Below are positions 1-9,734 of a stretch of DNA of 64,000 nucleotides, piece after piece. Numbering within the stretch: the stretch's first letter is position 1; each line of letters begins with the position of its first letter. The notes below the pieces were generated by a model, which saw only the letters and a list, made by a program, of their open reading frames with translations, was not told the DNA's origin and did no database searches. Source of the stretch: Candidatus Saccharimonadia bacterium (GTDB lineage: Bacteria > Patescibacteriota > Saccharimonadia > UBA4664). Made by a program: the position numbers and the translations under genes. Location: positions 3,602 to 67,601 of the forward strand of contig JBGTMQ010000004.1 in NCBI GenBank assembly GCA_041743505.1. The letters run 5' to 3'.

Positions 1-75
1 ATTACCTTTAATTTCTATCTTAATTTTAATTTGATATTGGCAAATTTTTTGCCGTTTTAAAACTACTTATGCTTT

Positions 76-150
76 ATAATAATGGCCTCTCCAGCCTGTG
101 TCAACACTTTTTACAACACTTTCTTTACAACGCCTCATTTTTACAACACT
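76..150 (-). promoter_or_regulatory. Sigma70-type promoter for a gene beyond the left edge, with repeated upstream motif
   Basis: Minus-strand TTGACA(104-99)-17 bp-TATTAT(81-76). TTTTTACAACACT occurs at 108-120 and 138-150. Confidence 0.6.
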
Positions 151-159
151 TACCTCTCA

Positions 160-1215
160 TTATCGGCGCATTTGTTTCATTATCCGCTTCTTATAGCGGC
201 GCAACCAGAATCTGGCAATGAAGAATATGGCCACCAATCCGATGATTATCGACAGGAACAGGCGCCACGGAATCACCCAGAACGATACCTGAGCCTCAAT
301 CGGAACATCGCGTTTACCGTCATCATAAACTGCAAACAAGTGGGCGGTATAGCGGCCCATCCGGATATGCGGCTGAAACAGCTTGCCGCCACTACCGCTG
401 TCCCCCCAGACAAGCTTCGTCACCGGCTTATTATTTTTATCAAGCTTCACCTTGCCATCTTCCACCACCTTTTCATAGTGCGGAAAACCGTCCGTCCACT
501 CCACCGGGTAGATCCGTTTCGAACCGGGGAGAATATTACCCTGCTCATCGTTGAGGTTCAAAGCCGCGATCTGCTTCTTGCCCTTCATAATAAACACATT
601 ACCGTGAGGAACAAAGTGGACATTACCAGTATTCTTCAACTTAACGTCAAAGCTGGCCGGCAAAAACTCGTAGACACCGTGCTTGGAAACTAGCGAGTCA
701 ATACTAACTTGTTTCTTGGCCCCCGGCGACTTGGCATTTAAGAGAACCAGGACGGCCGAGCCTCCATTGATGGCATTCGTATTACCACTCTGCCGCACAT
801 CATCCCCTTCCCGGGAGAACACCACGGCGTAGTAATAGCCGAAGGCTGCCGACTTGGGGGTATTGATAGTCATACGCACGGTCTGCCACACATTGTTGGG
901 AGCCGCAAACGAGCTTTTGTCAAACTTTACCCAGTCGAAATGGATGTCCCCTGGGCCACGGTCGTACAACCGTGGCCGGCCGTCCTCGCCAAAGGCGCCG
1001 AACTTCATCAAGCTAACCTTGAGCCGGGCATCCTCACCACTGTTCTGCTTCACCCGGATATCAGTCGATACCGGAACTCCGGGAAGAGTCTCCAGGTTAG
1101 TCGGTAGTGGTGAGGTAACGAGGTTGAGTGGTTTTGAAGTTGCGCCGTATGCTGTGAGCGGGGCCAGGGTAAGAAGCCCTAACAAGATACCGATAGTAAG
1201 AGAGATGCGTTTCAT
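160..1215 (-). CDS. Membrane-anchored surface protein, DUF916/DUF3324-like or PapD-like (two predicted Ig-like domains)
   Basis: Signal peptide, beta-rich body, C-terminal 'SFWVIPW' then TM helix and basic tail RRYKKR; lies next to WxL/pilin-like genes. Confidence 0.65.
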   Translation of the reverse strand: MKRISLTIGILLGLLTLAPLTAYGATSKPLNLVTSPLPTNLETLPGVPVSTDIRVKQNSGEDARLKVSLMKFGAFGEDGRPRLYDRGPGDIHFDWVKFDKSSFAAPNNVWQTVRMTINTPKSAAFGYYYAVVFSREGDDVRQSGNTNAINGGSAVLVLLNAKSPGAKKQVSIDSLVSKHGVYEFLPASFDVKLKNTGNVHFVPHGNVFIMKGKKQIAALNLNDEQGNILPGSKRIYPVEWTDGFPHYEKVVEDGKVKLDKNNKPVTKLVWGDSGSGGKLFQPHIRMGRYTAHLFAVYDDGKRDVPIEAQVSFWVIPWRLFLSIIIGLVAIFFIARFWLRRYKKRIMKQMRR

Positions 1216-1282
1216 GAACCTGACCCAGAGTTAAACTGTAGGACTGAAGAAGGATACTGTAAGCTCAATCCCAATCCCAATC

Positions 1283-2341
1283 TTAGAAGTTACCTGCACC
1301 AACTACCGTGATGGTGTCGGAGTAGTCTGCGCCGGCAGGAGTCGATCCCGCAATGGCAGCTCGCTCAATCAAGGTGATAACATCGCCGTTGGCCGTAGCC
1401 GGCGCAGTCCCGGTGCAGGCGGCAATGGGCTGGAAAGTACCGCTCAATGTGCCCCCGGCATCGGTCGTCGCACCGTTGTACTCTGCGTCAACAGCCAAGG
1501 TGCAACCACCAGCGGCATCAGTTGTAAGATCAGTATCCAAGACGTAACCCTCAGTACCCGCTACCAGCGTATTCGGCGCCCCGTTGATTGTACCTGCAGT
1601 ATTTATCTTATAGTTGGCCGAGGCGGAGAATAGTCCTTGTTGAGTATCTTTGGCCCAGGCAATCCAGCCGCCCTTAGCGTTGGTCGTTACCGTCACCGTT
1701 CGGCCGGCAGTTGACTTAATGCTAGCCGGATCAAGGTTTGTTGAAAACGTATCCGTGTTACCAGACAGCGTGAAGACAAATGTCGGTGGCACCACCGCGC
1801 TAACCACGATTTGGTCATCCGTGATGTTAGCTAATGCGATATCAGTGTGGTCAATCGCAGCCGATGCAGCTGTCTGGGTCTCAATACTCGCTTGCTGGCT
1901 GCTTGCAGCCGACCCAGCGGTGGTCAAGGTGCTAGTAGCCGAAAAGTTAAAGCAGTAAAGAGTATTTACCGTCAAATCACCTGAGGTAAACGTCACCACA
2001 TTAGCCGGGCTAGTGGCACTAGTGGCCGTTGTAATGCCAACCCAACCCGTCGAGCCTGCTGGTATGTTTGTTGTATTAGTCGTCCAGTTAGCAGCCGTCG
2101 TGTTAACGGTATATGTCGAAGGAAATGCTACTACAACCTTCCCTTCCGTTGCTGTCGTCGTCGGTTTTGCACAAACCGTACCACCCGTGGCCGTATTGGC
2201 CTTCATCCTATCAAGCCTTAAATAGGCTTGCCCAAAAGCAACTGCCTCTGCAGGCCTAGGTACCAAGGGCGCACACACGCTCAGTACTAAGGCCACAGCT
2301 GCCACGATCCGACCAATAGACACACTACTTTCGCGTTTCAT
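1283..2341 (-). CDS. Secreted Thr/Ala-rich pilin/WxL-like subunit, paralog 1
   Basis: Signal peptide (AEA), 4 Cys, C-terminus PAGADYSDTITVVGAGNF; GGAG upstream of ATG 2341. Confidence 0.7.
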   Translation of the reverse strand: MKRESSVSIGRIVAAVALVLSVCAPLVPRPAEAVAFGQAYLRLDRMKANTATGGTVCAKPTTTATEGKVVVAFPSTYTVNTTAANWTTNTTNIPAGSTGWVGITTATSATSPANVVTFTSGDLTVNTLYCFNFSATSTLTTAGSAASSQQASIETQTAASAAIDHTDIALANITDDQIVVSAVVPPTFVFTLSGNTDTFSTNLDPASIKSTAGRTVTVTTNAKGGWIAWAKDTQQGLFSASANYKINTAGTINGAPNTLVAGTEGYVLDTDLTTDAAGGCTLAVDAEYNGATTDAGGTLSGTFQPIAACTGTAPATANGDVITLIERAAIAGSTPAGADYSDTITVVGAGNF

Positions 2342-2369
2342 ACGCACTCCATTACACTACTTATCTTGT

Positions 2370-2398
2370 AGTGTATCTAAAGCATAAGCAACATGCAA
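2370..2398 (-). promoter_or_regulatory. Promoter of subunit paralog 1
   Basis: TTGCAT-17-TACACT, with CTTATGCT inside the spacer. Confidence 0.55.
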
Positions 2399-2494
2399 GC
2401 GTTTTTATTTATCCGCTGCGCATGTTATGTGTAATGAAGTTGTTGGTCGGAGCGAAGCTCCTCTCGGAACTGCCAACTCGGGCAGTTACCAGAG

Positions 2495-2517
2495 GAGCCT
2501 CCCTCAAAGGGAGGCTC
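2495..2517 (-). terminator. Hairpin after subunit paralog 2
   Basis: Inverted repeat GAGCCTCCCT/AGGGAGGCTC a few bases after the stop codon. Confidence 0.55.
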
Positions 2518-2525
2518 GTATTGGC

Positions 2526-3578
2526 TTAGAAGTTACCTGCCGCGACTACGGTGATGACATCAGTGTAGTCCGAACCGGCTGGGGTACCACCGGCAATGGC
2601 AGCCCGCTCGATCAGTGTGATCACGTCACCGTTGGAGGTAGCTGGCGGCGCACCGGTGCAAGCCGCGAAGGGTTGGAAGTTAGCACTCAAGGTACCACCG
2701 GCCGAGGTCGTCGCACCGTCATATTCAGCATCGATTGCGACCGTGCACCCACCCGCTGCATCAGTTGTCAGGTTGGCGTCAAGCACGTAGCCTTCAGTAC
2801 CAGCTGTTAGGGTTGATGGTGCTCCATTCACAGTCCCGGCCGTATTAATCTTATAGTTCGAGGTAGCCGAGAACAGGCCTTGCTGTGAGTCCTTCGCCCA
2901 ACCAATCCAACCACCCTTGGCGTTCGTAGTTACACTAACCGTACGACCAGCCGTCGAGAGTATGGCGGCAGGATCAAGATTGCTCGGGAACGTATCGGTG
3001 TTACCGGACAGTGTCAGAATAAAGGTCGGAGGCACAATCGCGCTCACCTGAATCTGATCATCAGCAATTATGGATGTAGCGTAGTTAGTTTCATCAATAA
3101 TCGCCGGGGTGTTATTCCGGGTCCTCATAGCACCGGTTAACGAGTTACCAGTCGAACTATTAGTCAGTGTGTTAGTACCGGAGAAGTTAAAGCAGTACAG
3201 CGTTCCCACTGTCAAATCGCCTGATGGAAACGTCACAGTCTTACCAGTCACGTTTGTAGCTGTCCCTATACCTATCCAAGCTGTAGAACCTGCTGGTAAA
3301 TCAGTGGTAGTAACAGTCCAGTTAGCCGCTGTACTGTTAACAGTAAAGTCTGTACCCGCTTGGGTCGGGAAGGTTATCGAAAAATCAACCTCAGTAGCTG
3401 TCGTGGTTGGCTCAGCACAAATGGTACCACCAGTAGTTGTAAGAGCCTTATGACGGTCCAAACGCAAATAAGCCTGGTCGAACTGCGGGGCCGCCATGGC
3501 CACACCAACCGGCGCCACTAACTGGGCCACCAGGGCAGCCGAGATCGCAACAACTAATTTAATGTTTCTTTTTGTCAT
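2526..3578 (-). CDS. Secreted pilin/WxL-like subunit, paralog 2
   Basis: Clearly homologous to 1283-2341 over its full length (QAYLRLDR, LYCFNFS, VTTNAKGGWI, ITLIERAAI, AGNF). Confidence 0.7.
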   Translation of the reverse strand: MTKRNIKLVVAISAALVAQLVAPVGVAMAAPQFDQAYLRLDRHKALTTTGGTICAEPTTTATEVDFSITFPTQAGTDFTVNSTAANWTVTTTDLPAGSTAWIGIGTATNVTGKTVTFPSGDLTVGTLYCFNFSGTNTLTNSSTGNSLTGAMRTRNNTPAIIDETNYATSIIADDQIQVSAIVPPTFILTLSGNTDTFPSNLDPAAILSTAGRTVSVTTNAKGGWIGWAKDSQQGLFSATSNYKINTAGTVNGAPSTLTAGTEGYVLDANLTTDAAGGCTVAIDAEYDGATTSAGGTLSANFQPFAACTGAPPATSNGDVITLIERAAIAGGTPAGSDYTDVITVVAAGNF

Positions 3579-3729
3579 TTATTTTTATTCCCCTAGCCTT
3601 TATGGCTGATGAATGGTTTTGATTTTTGTTTGTATTATATTTTTTATAATACTTAAGGTTACCTTACTAAATGTCATCACCAGCTGTCAACACTTTTGCC
3701 CGAAAAATCAAGATCAGCCCTTATCAGTG

Positions 3730-4800
3730 CTAAAAACTGGCAGAGGCAATCGCCGTCAATATTTCAGTGTAGTCACCAGCCGCCGGCGTCAGCGGCTTAG
3801 TCTTAGCCTTGAGAATAAACGAACCCCGGGCCGCCGTCACCGGAAATGAGGTGCTGAAGATCTCCCGGATAACCGTATCGGCTACGCCCACGTTAGCCCC
3901 CGCACCGTTATACGGCGCCACCAGCGCAAACGGGCCGCCGGAACTCTGGGTTGCCGACACCCCCTGAGCGCCAAAGCCCTCAGCCAACGAACTCAAATCC
4001 GCCGTCGAAGACGCAATAGTATAGTTGCTTTCCAAGCTCCTCAAGCCGGCATTTTGCCCGCTCATATAAACTTTGCCGCCCGACTCACCATTGGTATCCA
4101 AGTCCACCCAAACCCGCTGCGGCGAATCGGTCACCGTGCTCACCGGCAAGTTACCAAAGCCTATTTGGTAAGGCGGGTTGGTATCCGAATCAGTCGCCGA
4201 CGCGTCAATATCGAAAGAAATTTGCGGATCCACGGTAGCGGCACTAGCCACCGGCCCATAAGGGCTCTCGGTGAACTCCCCGCGAAATGCCTTAACCTTC
4301 ACGGTATAAACGGTACTGCGCGTCAATCCCCGGACGTACACCCCGGATCCGCTGCCCCAGCTGGAATACGTCTGATAGTCCGTAAACGTCAGCGAAGCGC
4401 CAACGGTGAAATCGCTCTTCACATATTGCGGCGCCGTAGCGAAGTTATCAGTCGATATCGCCACCGCAAACTTAGCGTCAGTCGGGTTATTCTCCGGCCC
4501 AATCGTCAACAGCAGCTTGTTGTACCAGTTACCGCTGTTAATCAAGGTTACCGTCGGTACATGAGCCTGTTTCTCGTAATTCTCGCCGGCACCCACCTTG
4601 TAGTTCGTCGAAGCTGAGCTCCCCGCCACCTCACCACTTATACCGTTCACAGAGTAGCTCGTCGAATGAGTATTCGCCGTACCACCGGTCCCAAACCCAT
4701 AAGAATTAAGCTGATAGCTACTGCTAGACGGTAACGCCGCCAGCATCATCACTGGCATCATCATGCTCAAAACAGTCTTGTGCCAATTCATCGCCGCCAC
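3730..4800 (-). CDS. Secreted protein with FN3-like region and pilin/WxL-like C-terminal domain
   Basis: Signal peptide; GLTRSTVYTVKVKA (FN3-like); C-terminus PAAGDYTEILTAIASASF. Exact start uncertain. Confidence 0.6.
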   Translation of the reverse strand: MAAMNWHKTVLSMMMPVMMLAALPSSSSYQLNSYGFGTGGTANTHSTSYSVNGISGEVAGSSASTNYKVGAGENYEKQAHVPTVTLINSGNWYNKLLLTIGPENNPTDAKFAVAISTDNFATAPQYVKSDFTVGASLTFTDYQTYSSWGSGSGVYVRGLTRSTVYTVKVKAFRGEFTESPYGPVASAATVDPQISFDIDASATDSDTNPPYQIGFGNLPVSTVTDSPQRVWVDLDTNGESGGKVYMSGQNAGLRSLESNYTIASSTADLSSLAEGFGAQGVSATQSSGGPFALVAPYNGAGANVGVADTVIREIFSTSFPVTAARGSFILKAKTKPLTPAAGDYTEILTAIASASF

Positions 4801-5492
4801 CTCAAGCTCGTTTTAATCCCATTCATAATACCCGTCAGATCATCCTTGGGATTGCCGCTCGTCAACGACACAATCACTTCGCGCCCATCGTGTGCCCAAA
4901 ATAACGTTTGCTCACGCTTATCAAGTTTGCTAAATATTGCCACCGGCTCACCAGCGATCTTATCAGCCGCCAACCGGTATTCAGCCGTATTGGTCTGCCG
5001 GAAACGATAACTTGAATCATCCTCCAGCAAACCCGACGGCAGTGGCCGGACATTCACACTGATGCCCCGGCTATAGTCAGCCTTACTACCAATAGTGTAT
5101 TGCTCCAATGCCTGTGAATCAGTCTTGACCTGGCCAACCATGTCAAATACCGCCGGATACTGAAACTCTATTGTCAACCCACCAAACATATTTGGCGGCT
5201 GGGGTGTCGGCGAAACGCTTTTGCGGGCTAAAGAAAGGCTTTTATCAGGCTTGCTCTCCACCGGCCCATCAACATATTTCAAGTACCCAACCGATGCGAA
5301 GCCAATCACCGTCCCAATAGTAACGGTCATCACCGCCCAGCCAAGCCAATGAGCGCTGGCCGCCGGCGCATCAAGTGATGGCGGCGGCAAAACTGCCTGA
5401 TTCTGACTAGGCGCGCCATGAAATAGAGCTGAATATTGCGGCTCTCGTGCCCCCTGACCCTCTTGCTGATCCTGCTCGTGCGAGCCGCTCAC
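4788..5492 (-). CDS. Single-TM protein with extracellular PsbP-like domain (putative)
   Basis: One TM, then 'IEFQYPAVF' and an alpha/beta domain; overlaps both neighbours. Confidence 0.5.
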   Translation of the reverse strand: MSGSHEQDQQEGQGAREPQYSALFHGAPSQNQAVLPPPSLDAPAASAHWLGWAVMTVTIGTVIGFASVGYLKYVDGPVESKPDKSLSLARKSVSPTPQPPNMFGGLTIEFQYPAVFDMVGQVKTDSQALEQYTIGSKADYSRGISVNVRPLPSGLLEDDSSYRFRQTNTAEYRLAADKIAGEPVAIFSKLDKREQTLFWAHDGREVIVSLTSGNPKDDLTGIMNGIKTSLRWRR

Positions 5493-6427
5493 GCTACACC
5501 TTCCTCCATCCGCCGCTCCATCACATGCTTCTCGCGCAACTCACCCAGCCAGAATGAAACTACCGCCAAGATCAACCCACCCCACAGCGGCCAGGCAATC
5601 ATTAGTTCATTGCGCGGTTTTGTCTTGGCCGCGCTCGTCCCGGCCGTAGCCTCATTCACCAGCGTCGTCAGCTGTAAGTAAGCCGTATGCCCAACCGCAT
5701 CGGTGGCCCGTATTATCAATGGATACGACCCCAAATAACCGGTGCCCACCTTTTTATAGATATGCTTCACCGTAAATGGCCCGGGCGCCAATCGGGTAAT
5801 CAAATCACTCGTACCATCGCCCCAGTCGATACTCACAGCGTATGGCGCCTGACCACCCACAATCTCAATCGGCCAGATAACTTCTTGGCCCGGCTCCGTG
5901 CCGCGGTAATAATTGGTAGACTGGATAATCAGCTCCGTCGAAAAACCAAATCCGCCCGGCGGCAATGTTAGCGTCACGTTCACGGCCGGAGAGCTCGGAC
6001 CTTCCTGGTCGAGTGCATTATAGGCCAGCCCAGTCAGGCTATTAGCACCAACCACCAAATCAATCGGCAGGCTAAACCGCCCGTTTGCCGCACAAATAAC
6101 ACTGCCGGCCAACACTCCGTTTTTAAATATCTTCACCAACGACTTAGCCGGACATGTCCCGGATACCTGGATGGGATTGGTCTGAAACACCTGCCCGTTC
6201 ACCGGCGACGTAATAATAACCGGACTGTTAGGACGCGGCCCAGGTACCACCGCCTCCACGGTATATTTCCCAGTGCCTTCAGTAGCCGCATTGGTCGTCG
6301 CTGTAATGCCGGCCAACACCATCCCTGCCAACAACATCAGAAAAACGAGCAGTCCATAGGACGTCTCGTGGTGCGGCCTCAGCCGGCCAGTATGTCGATG
6401 GTGGCTATACCTCGGAATCACAACCAT
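5489..6427 (-). CDS. Membrane protein with Ig-like (Big) and PKD-like domains, N- and C-terminal TM
   Basis: VIITSPVNG...VSGTC, SIDWGDG (PKD-like), two TM segments. Start uncertain. Confidence 0.6.
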   Translation of the reverse strand: MVVIPRYSHHRHTGRLRPHHETSYGLLVFLMLLAGMVLAGITATTNAATEGTGKYTVEAVVPGPRPNSPVIITSPVNGQVFQTNPIQVSGTCPAKSLVKIFKNGVLAGSVICAANGRFSLPIDLVVGANSLTGLAYNALDQEGPSSPAVNVTLTLPPGGFGFSTELIIQSTNYYRGTEPGQEVIWPIEIVGGQAPYAVSIDWGDGTSDLITRLAPGPFTVKHIYKKVGTGYLGSYPLIIRATDAVGHTAYLQLTTLVNEATAGTSAAKTKPRNELMIAWPLWGGLILAVVSFWLGELREKHVMERRMEEGVA

Positions 6428-6503
6428 TACATAAAGCTTACCATAATTAGCGCAAGCTTTTTTACAATACACAATATATTAATGGTATGATAAAGCGTAA
6501 GCA

Positions 6504-7679
6504 TTGTTATCATCGAGCAGCCCCGTGGCCGACGAACCAAACCCATCGCCAAAACCCGCCCCGAGCGAGCCAAACCAGCCTAATAATCCGCCTTCACCCA
6601 CCGGGCCCACTCCGCCCGGTCAGACGACTTCCGGCTCGCCCGCCGGACCTGGCCAAGATAACAAAGCCCCCGGCAAACCCGGCGACTCCGAAAGCATAGC
6701 GCCGGAAGCCCTAGCCGATGGCACCGTACCAACCGTTCTATCATCAAGTAGCCAAGTTACCCACACCGAATCCAAGAAAGGCGCCGTGGCGCTATCCTCG
6801 GTCTACCGGCGCGCCGATATTCTCTCCACTCTCCTCACCTTGGCCGGCGCCATCGTAGCCGCCGCCATTATTCTGGGAGGATACTGGTATTTCACCCAGT
6901 CAAAAACCGACACAGATACCGCCAAGCCCAAAGTCACGACGCTCGACAAAGCCGAGCTCGAAAAGCTCGGCGCCTTCTTTAGTGGCAACAGCGCCGGCGA
7001 TAGCGCCCAGATCCTCAATATTAGTTCCTCGACCTTTTTCAAAAACCGCGTCGCCATCAATAATGACCTCAAAGTCGTCGGTGGAGCTCAGATCAGTGGA
7101 CCCACAGCGCTAGGCGACCTGACCGTCGATAAGACCAGCACCCTAGGCATCACCAATATCCGCGGCCAGCTCACCGTAGCCGGCCCCGTCACCTTCCAGA
7201 GTCCCGCCATCCTCAGCGGCGGCGCCAGTGTCACCGGCAATGTCACCGCCTCCGGAAACGGCAGTTTTGGCGGATCACTCTCGGCCGCCGGCTTTAACGT
7301 CCGTGACTTATCGGTCACCGGCACCCTCAACATCGCCGGACACTTGGCCATCGCCGGCCAAGTTCCATCCGTAGCCCCAGCCAGCGAAGCCGGCGGTGGC
7401 GCCAACGCCAACGTCGACGGCAATGACGCTGCCGGCACCGTTACCATCAACACCGGCGCCGTTGCCGCCCAAGTCCCGGATACCGGCGGACTGCTAGTCC
7501 AGATCAATTTCCGCACCCCCTATGCCAAGGTGCCACGCGTCATTATTACCCCCTCCACTCTCAGTGCCGCCCCACTGCCCTACTACGTCATAAAGACCAA
7601 CCGCTATTTCATCATCGGCAGCTCCACCAGCGCCAAGTCCAACACCGGTTATTCATTTGATTACTGGGTCGTTCAGTAA
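6504..7679 (+). CDS. Single-TM surface protein: Pro-rich N-terminus, Gly-rich beta-repeat stalk, fibre-tip-like C-terminus
   Basis: Long ORF divergent from the surface cluster; TGGTATGAT extended -10 at 6483-6491. Confidence 0.6.
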   Translation: MLSSSSPVADEPNPSPKPAPSEPNQPNNPPSPTGPTPPGQTTSGSPAGPGQDNKAPGKPGDSESIAPEALADGTVPTVLSSSSQVTHTESKKGAVALSSVYRRADILSTLLTLAGAIVAAAIILGGYWYFTQSKTDTDTAKPKVTTLDKAELEKLGAFFSGNSAGDSAQILNISSSTFFKNRVAINNDLKVVGGAQISGPTALGDLTVDKTSTLGITNIRGQLTVAGPVTFQSPAILSGGASVTGNVTASGNGSFGGSLSAAGFNVRDLSVTGTLNIAGHLAIAGQVPSVAPASEAGGGANANVDGNDAAGTVTINTGAVAAQVPDTGGLLVQINFRTPYAKVPRVIITPSTLSAAPLPYYVIKTNRYFIIGSSTSAKSNTGYSFDYWVVQ

Positions 7680-7686
7680 AAAATAG

Positions 7687-7705
7687 GCCCGCTCGTAAGC
7701 GGGCC
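7687..7705. terminator. Hairpin between convergent genes
   Basis: GGCCCGCT-CGTA-AGCGGGCC preceded by an A-tract. Confidence 0.55.
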
Positions 7706-7721
7706 GGTGGTCAAACTAGGC

Positions 7722-8669
7722 TTAATACTGCGGCCGGCATTTTGCCACCGTCGGCAATACAAATTCACCATTGGTAGCAAAATCCAAGTTTGGCTGGGCA
7801 AAGGCAATCACCGACACCCGGTCCTCAGGGTTTCCGGTAACCACTTCGGCATACGACGAAACATACTCCTGCCCTGAATCCGGCCGAAAACCCGCATGGT
7901 ACAACGCCGGCAAACACCGCGCGTCGTCCGTCAGCACGCCATCGGGCAAACCATGCCAGCCGGCCCCCAGAAAAAACAGGGCTTCTTCGCTAGTGGTATC
8001 AAGCCGCCGCAGCTCCTGTCGCAAGGCCCGAATCGCCGCCTTTCGCTCATCCGATTGATCATCCGTTATCCGCGGCCCGTAGTACCGGCCGCCATAAAAC
8101 CAATTGCCGTGAGTCTCAAAAATATGCTCACTGCACAACCCAAGGTCAGCATGACCAGCCACCACCTCGCTCCAAGCCGGCGATTGCCGGGCACCCAAAT
8201 ACCGGACTGTCCGAATATGCACATTGCGTTTCCACAACTTGCGCGGAAAAATAATGGCAGCCACCGGCTCAGCCCCAATCTCGCACAACACACCGCGCAT
8301 GCTCATCTCAACCGCTTTGAGCATCTTAGTTAACGCCGGCCAGTAATCCCGCAGAATCTGTGGCTGGTCATTCAGCGGCATTTGAGCCGACACCCGGCTT
8401 TCCGTCTGATACCCACCATGCAGCCAAATTTTTTTGTCCAGCGAATTGCGGGCACCCGAAATACCAAATAACCCCGGCGCTATTCCGCCCTTAACCTGCT
8501 CCGGCGCGATATCAAACGACAGCGCCCGACGGACCCGCTCATCCGCCTGCGCCAGACCGATAACACCATTACTTATACGTGCATATTCCGCGCAGGCTTG
8601 CTCACTCAGGCCAAATGATACTCCGGTCCATCCATATTGGCGGATCCTCTCCACTGCTGAAGGTGCCAT
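7722..8669 (-). CDS. 2OG-Fe(II) oxygenase superfamily protein (IPNS-like)
   Basis: HxD (GHADLG), distal His (LYHAG), RxS (DRVSVIAFAQP). Confidence 0.65.
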   Translation of the reverse strand: MAPSAVERIRQYGWTGVSFGLSEQACAEYARISNGVIGLAQADERVRRALSFDIAPEQVKGGIAPGLFGISGARNSLDKKIWLHGGYQTESRVSAQMPLNDQPQILRDYWPALTKMLKAVEMSMRGVLCEIGAEPVAAIIFPRKLWKRNVHIRTVRYLGARQSPAWSEVVAGHADLGLCSEHIFETHGNWFYGGRYYGPRITDDQSDERKAAIRALRQELRRLDTTSEEALFFLGAGWHGLPDGVLTDDARCLPALYHAGFRPDSGQEYVSSYAEVVTGNPEDRVSVIAFAQPNLDFATNGEFVLPTVAKCRPQY

Positions 8670-8722
8670 CTGTCTCCCTCTCTCGTAGCGGACAGCAGAT
8701 ATATGGGGAGTATAGCCGGTTT

Positions 8723-9022
8723 TTAGCCGATTTTGGTAATTTTGACCTGGCTGTAGTGCTGGCGGTGGCCGGTCAGGCGCTTAACGCGCTTCTTGGCCTT
8801 AAACTTCAGCACCTTAATCTTCTCACCCTTGATGTCAGATACAACCTCAGCCGTAACCTTCACCCCATCAACCAATGGCGCGCCAACCTTAACGGTATCG
8901 CCGTCAATAGTCATCAGAGCGTCAAACTCAATTTTCTTAACATCCCCGAGCAGTTCTAGCTCGAGTACATCATTCTTCCCTACGATATATTGCTTCCCGC
9001 CGGAAGCGATAACTGCTTGCAT
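8723..9022 (-). CDS. rplU: 50S ribosomal protein L21
   Basis: AVIASGGKQY and GHRQHYS motifs. Confidence 0.97.
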   Translation of the reverse strand: MQAVIASGGKQYIVGKNDVLELELLGDVKKIEFDALMTIDGDTVKVGAPLVDGVKVTAEVVSDIKGEKIKVLKFKAKKRVKRLTGHRQHYSQVKITKIG

Positions 9023-9133
9023 AAAGCTCCTTTTGTAGCCTGGGTCTAGCAGGCGTGCTTAAATTTAGCGTAACTGCGAAATAATAACATAATTTAGGTC
9101 CGGATGCAAAGCACCCGGACCAATAACCAGAAC

Positions 9134-9664
9134 CTAAACGACCCCAGCCGTGTGGCACTCGTTCACAAACCGGCGAAGATACGCCACCATAGTAGTCCCC
9201 ACACCCTCTTCACCCAACAAATAAGACTCAAAAACGCCATTATAGGCTAACTCCCGAAGCCGTGACAGGTTAACCGCACAACCATTAATGCCACTATATC
9301 CGCCGGTACTACCCTCCAGCACCAATCTGAACTGTTCTGCGGCAGTGCTATCCGGATTACGCCTGATTCGCGTTTCCATAGTGTTAAATAGCCTGCTCAA
9401 GCTCGCTTGAGGGATCGCCTTTTTACCCGCCGGTAACAGTTTTAGGAGCTTCACATACATTTTCGGCCGGATCAGTACGTCCCCATTCCGCCAATCCAAG
9501 AATGGCGCAAACCGTTCGTCCCACTCCGGCTTAGACGCCGGAGCTGGCTGCACAAGCTGGAGCGGGCCCTGTTCAACATGTATATGACCCTCCACTATCC
9601 GAATACTAATATCAATTTGAAGTTGTAGTTTATACAGCTGCTCGCCGCTTGCCTGCTCATTCAT
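9134..9664 (-). CDS. Hypothetical protein
   Basis: 176-aa ORF; C-terminal 'GVGTTMV' loosely resembles a helix-hairpin-helix. Confidence 0.5.
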   Translation of the reverse strand: MNEQASGEQLYKLQLQIDISIRIVEGHIHVEQGPLQLVQPAPASKPEWDERFAPFLDWRNGDVLIRPKMYVKLLKLLPAGKKAIPQASLSRLFNTMETRIRRNPDSTAAEQFRLVLEGSTGGYSGINGCAVNLSRLRELAYNGVFESYLLGEEGVGTTMVAYLRRFVNECHTAGVV

Positions 9665-9711
9665 GGACTACCCCAATCTAGAAAGAGACTGAACGGGCCG
9701 ACTATACCATC

Positions 9712-9733
9712 TTACCCCTCAAACTGCAACTTC
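9712..9733. repeat. 22-bp direct repeat, copy of the rodA 3' end
   Basis: TTACCCCTCAAACTGCAACTTC is identical to 10985-11006. Confidence 0.9.
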
Positions 9734-9734
9734 A

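Noticed and set aside
101-150. Short repeats as a CRISPR array or oriC DnaA boxes
   Set aside because: Units are only 13 bp with no spacers and do not match TTWTNCACA; treated as operator-like instead.
82-693. 203-aa plus-strand ORF
   Set aside because: Antisense shadow of 160-1215; its start lies in the promoter-motif region.
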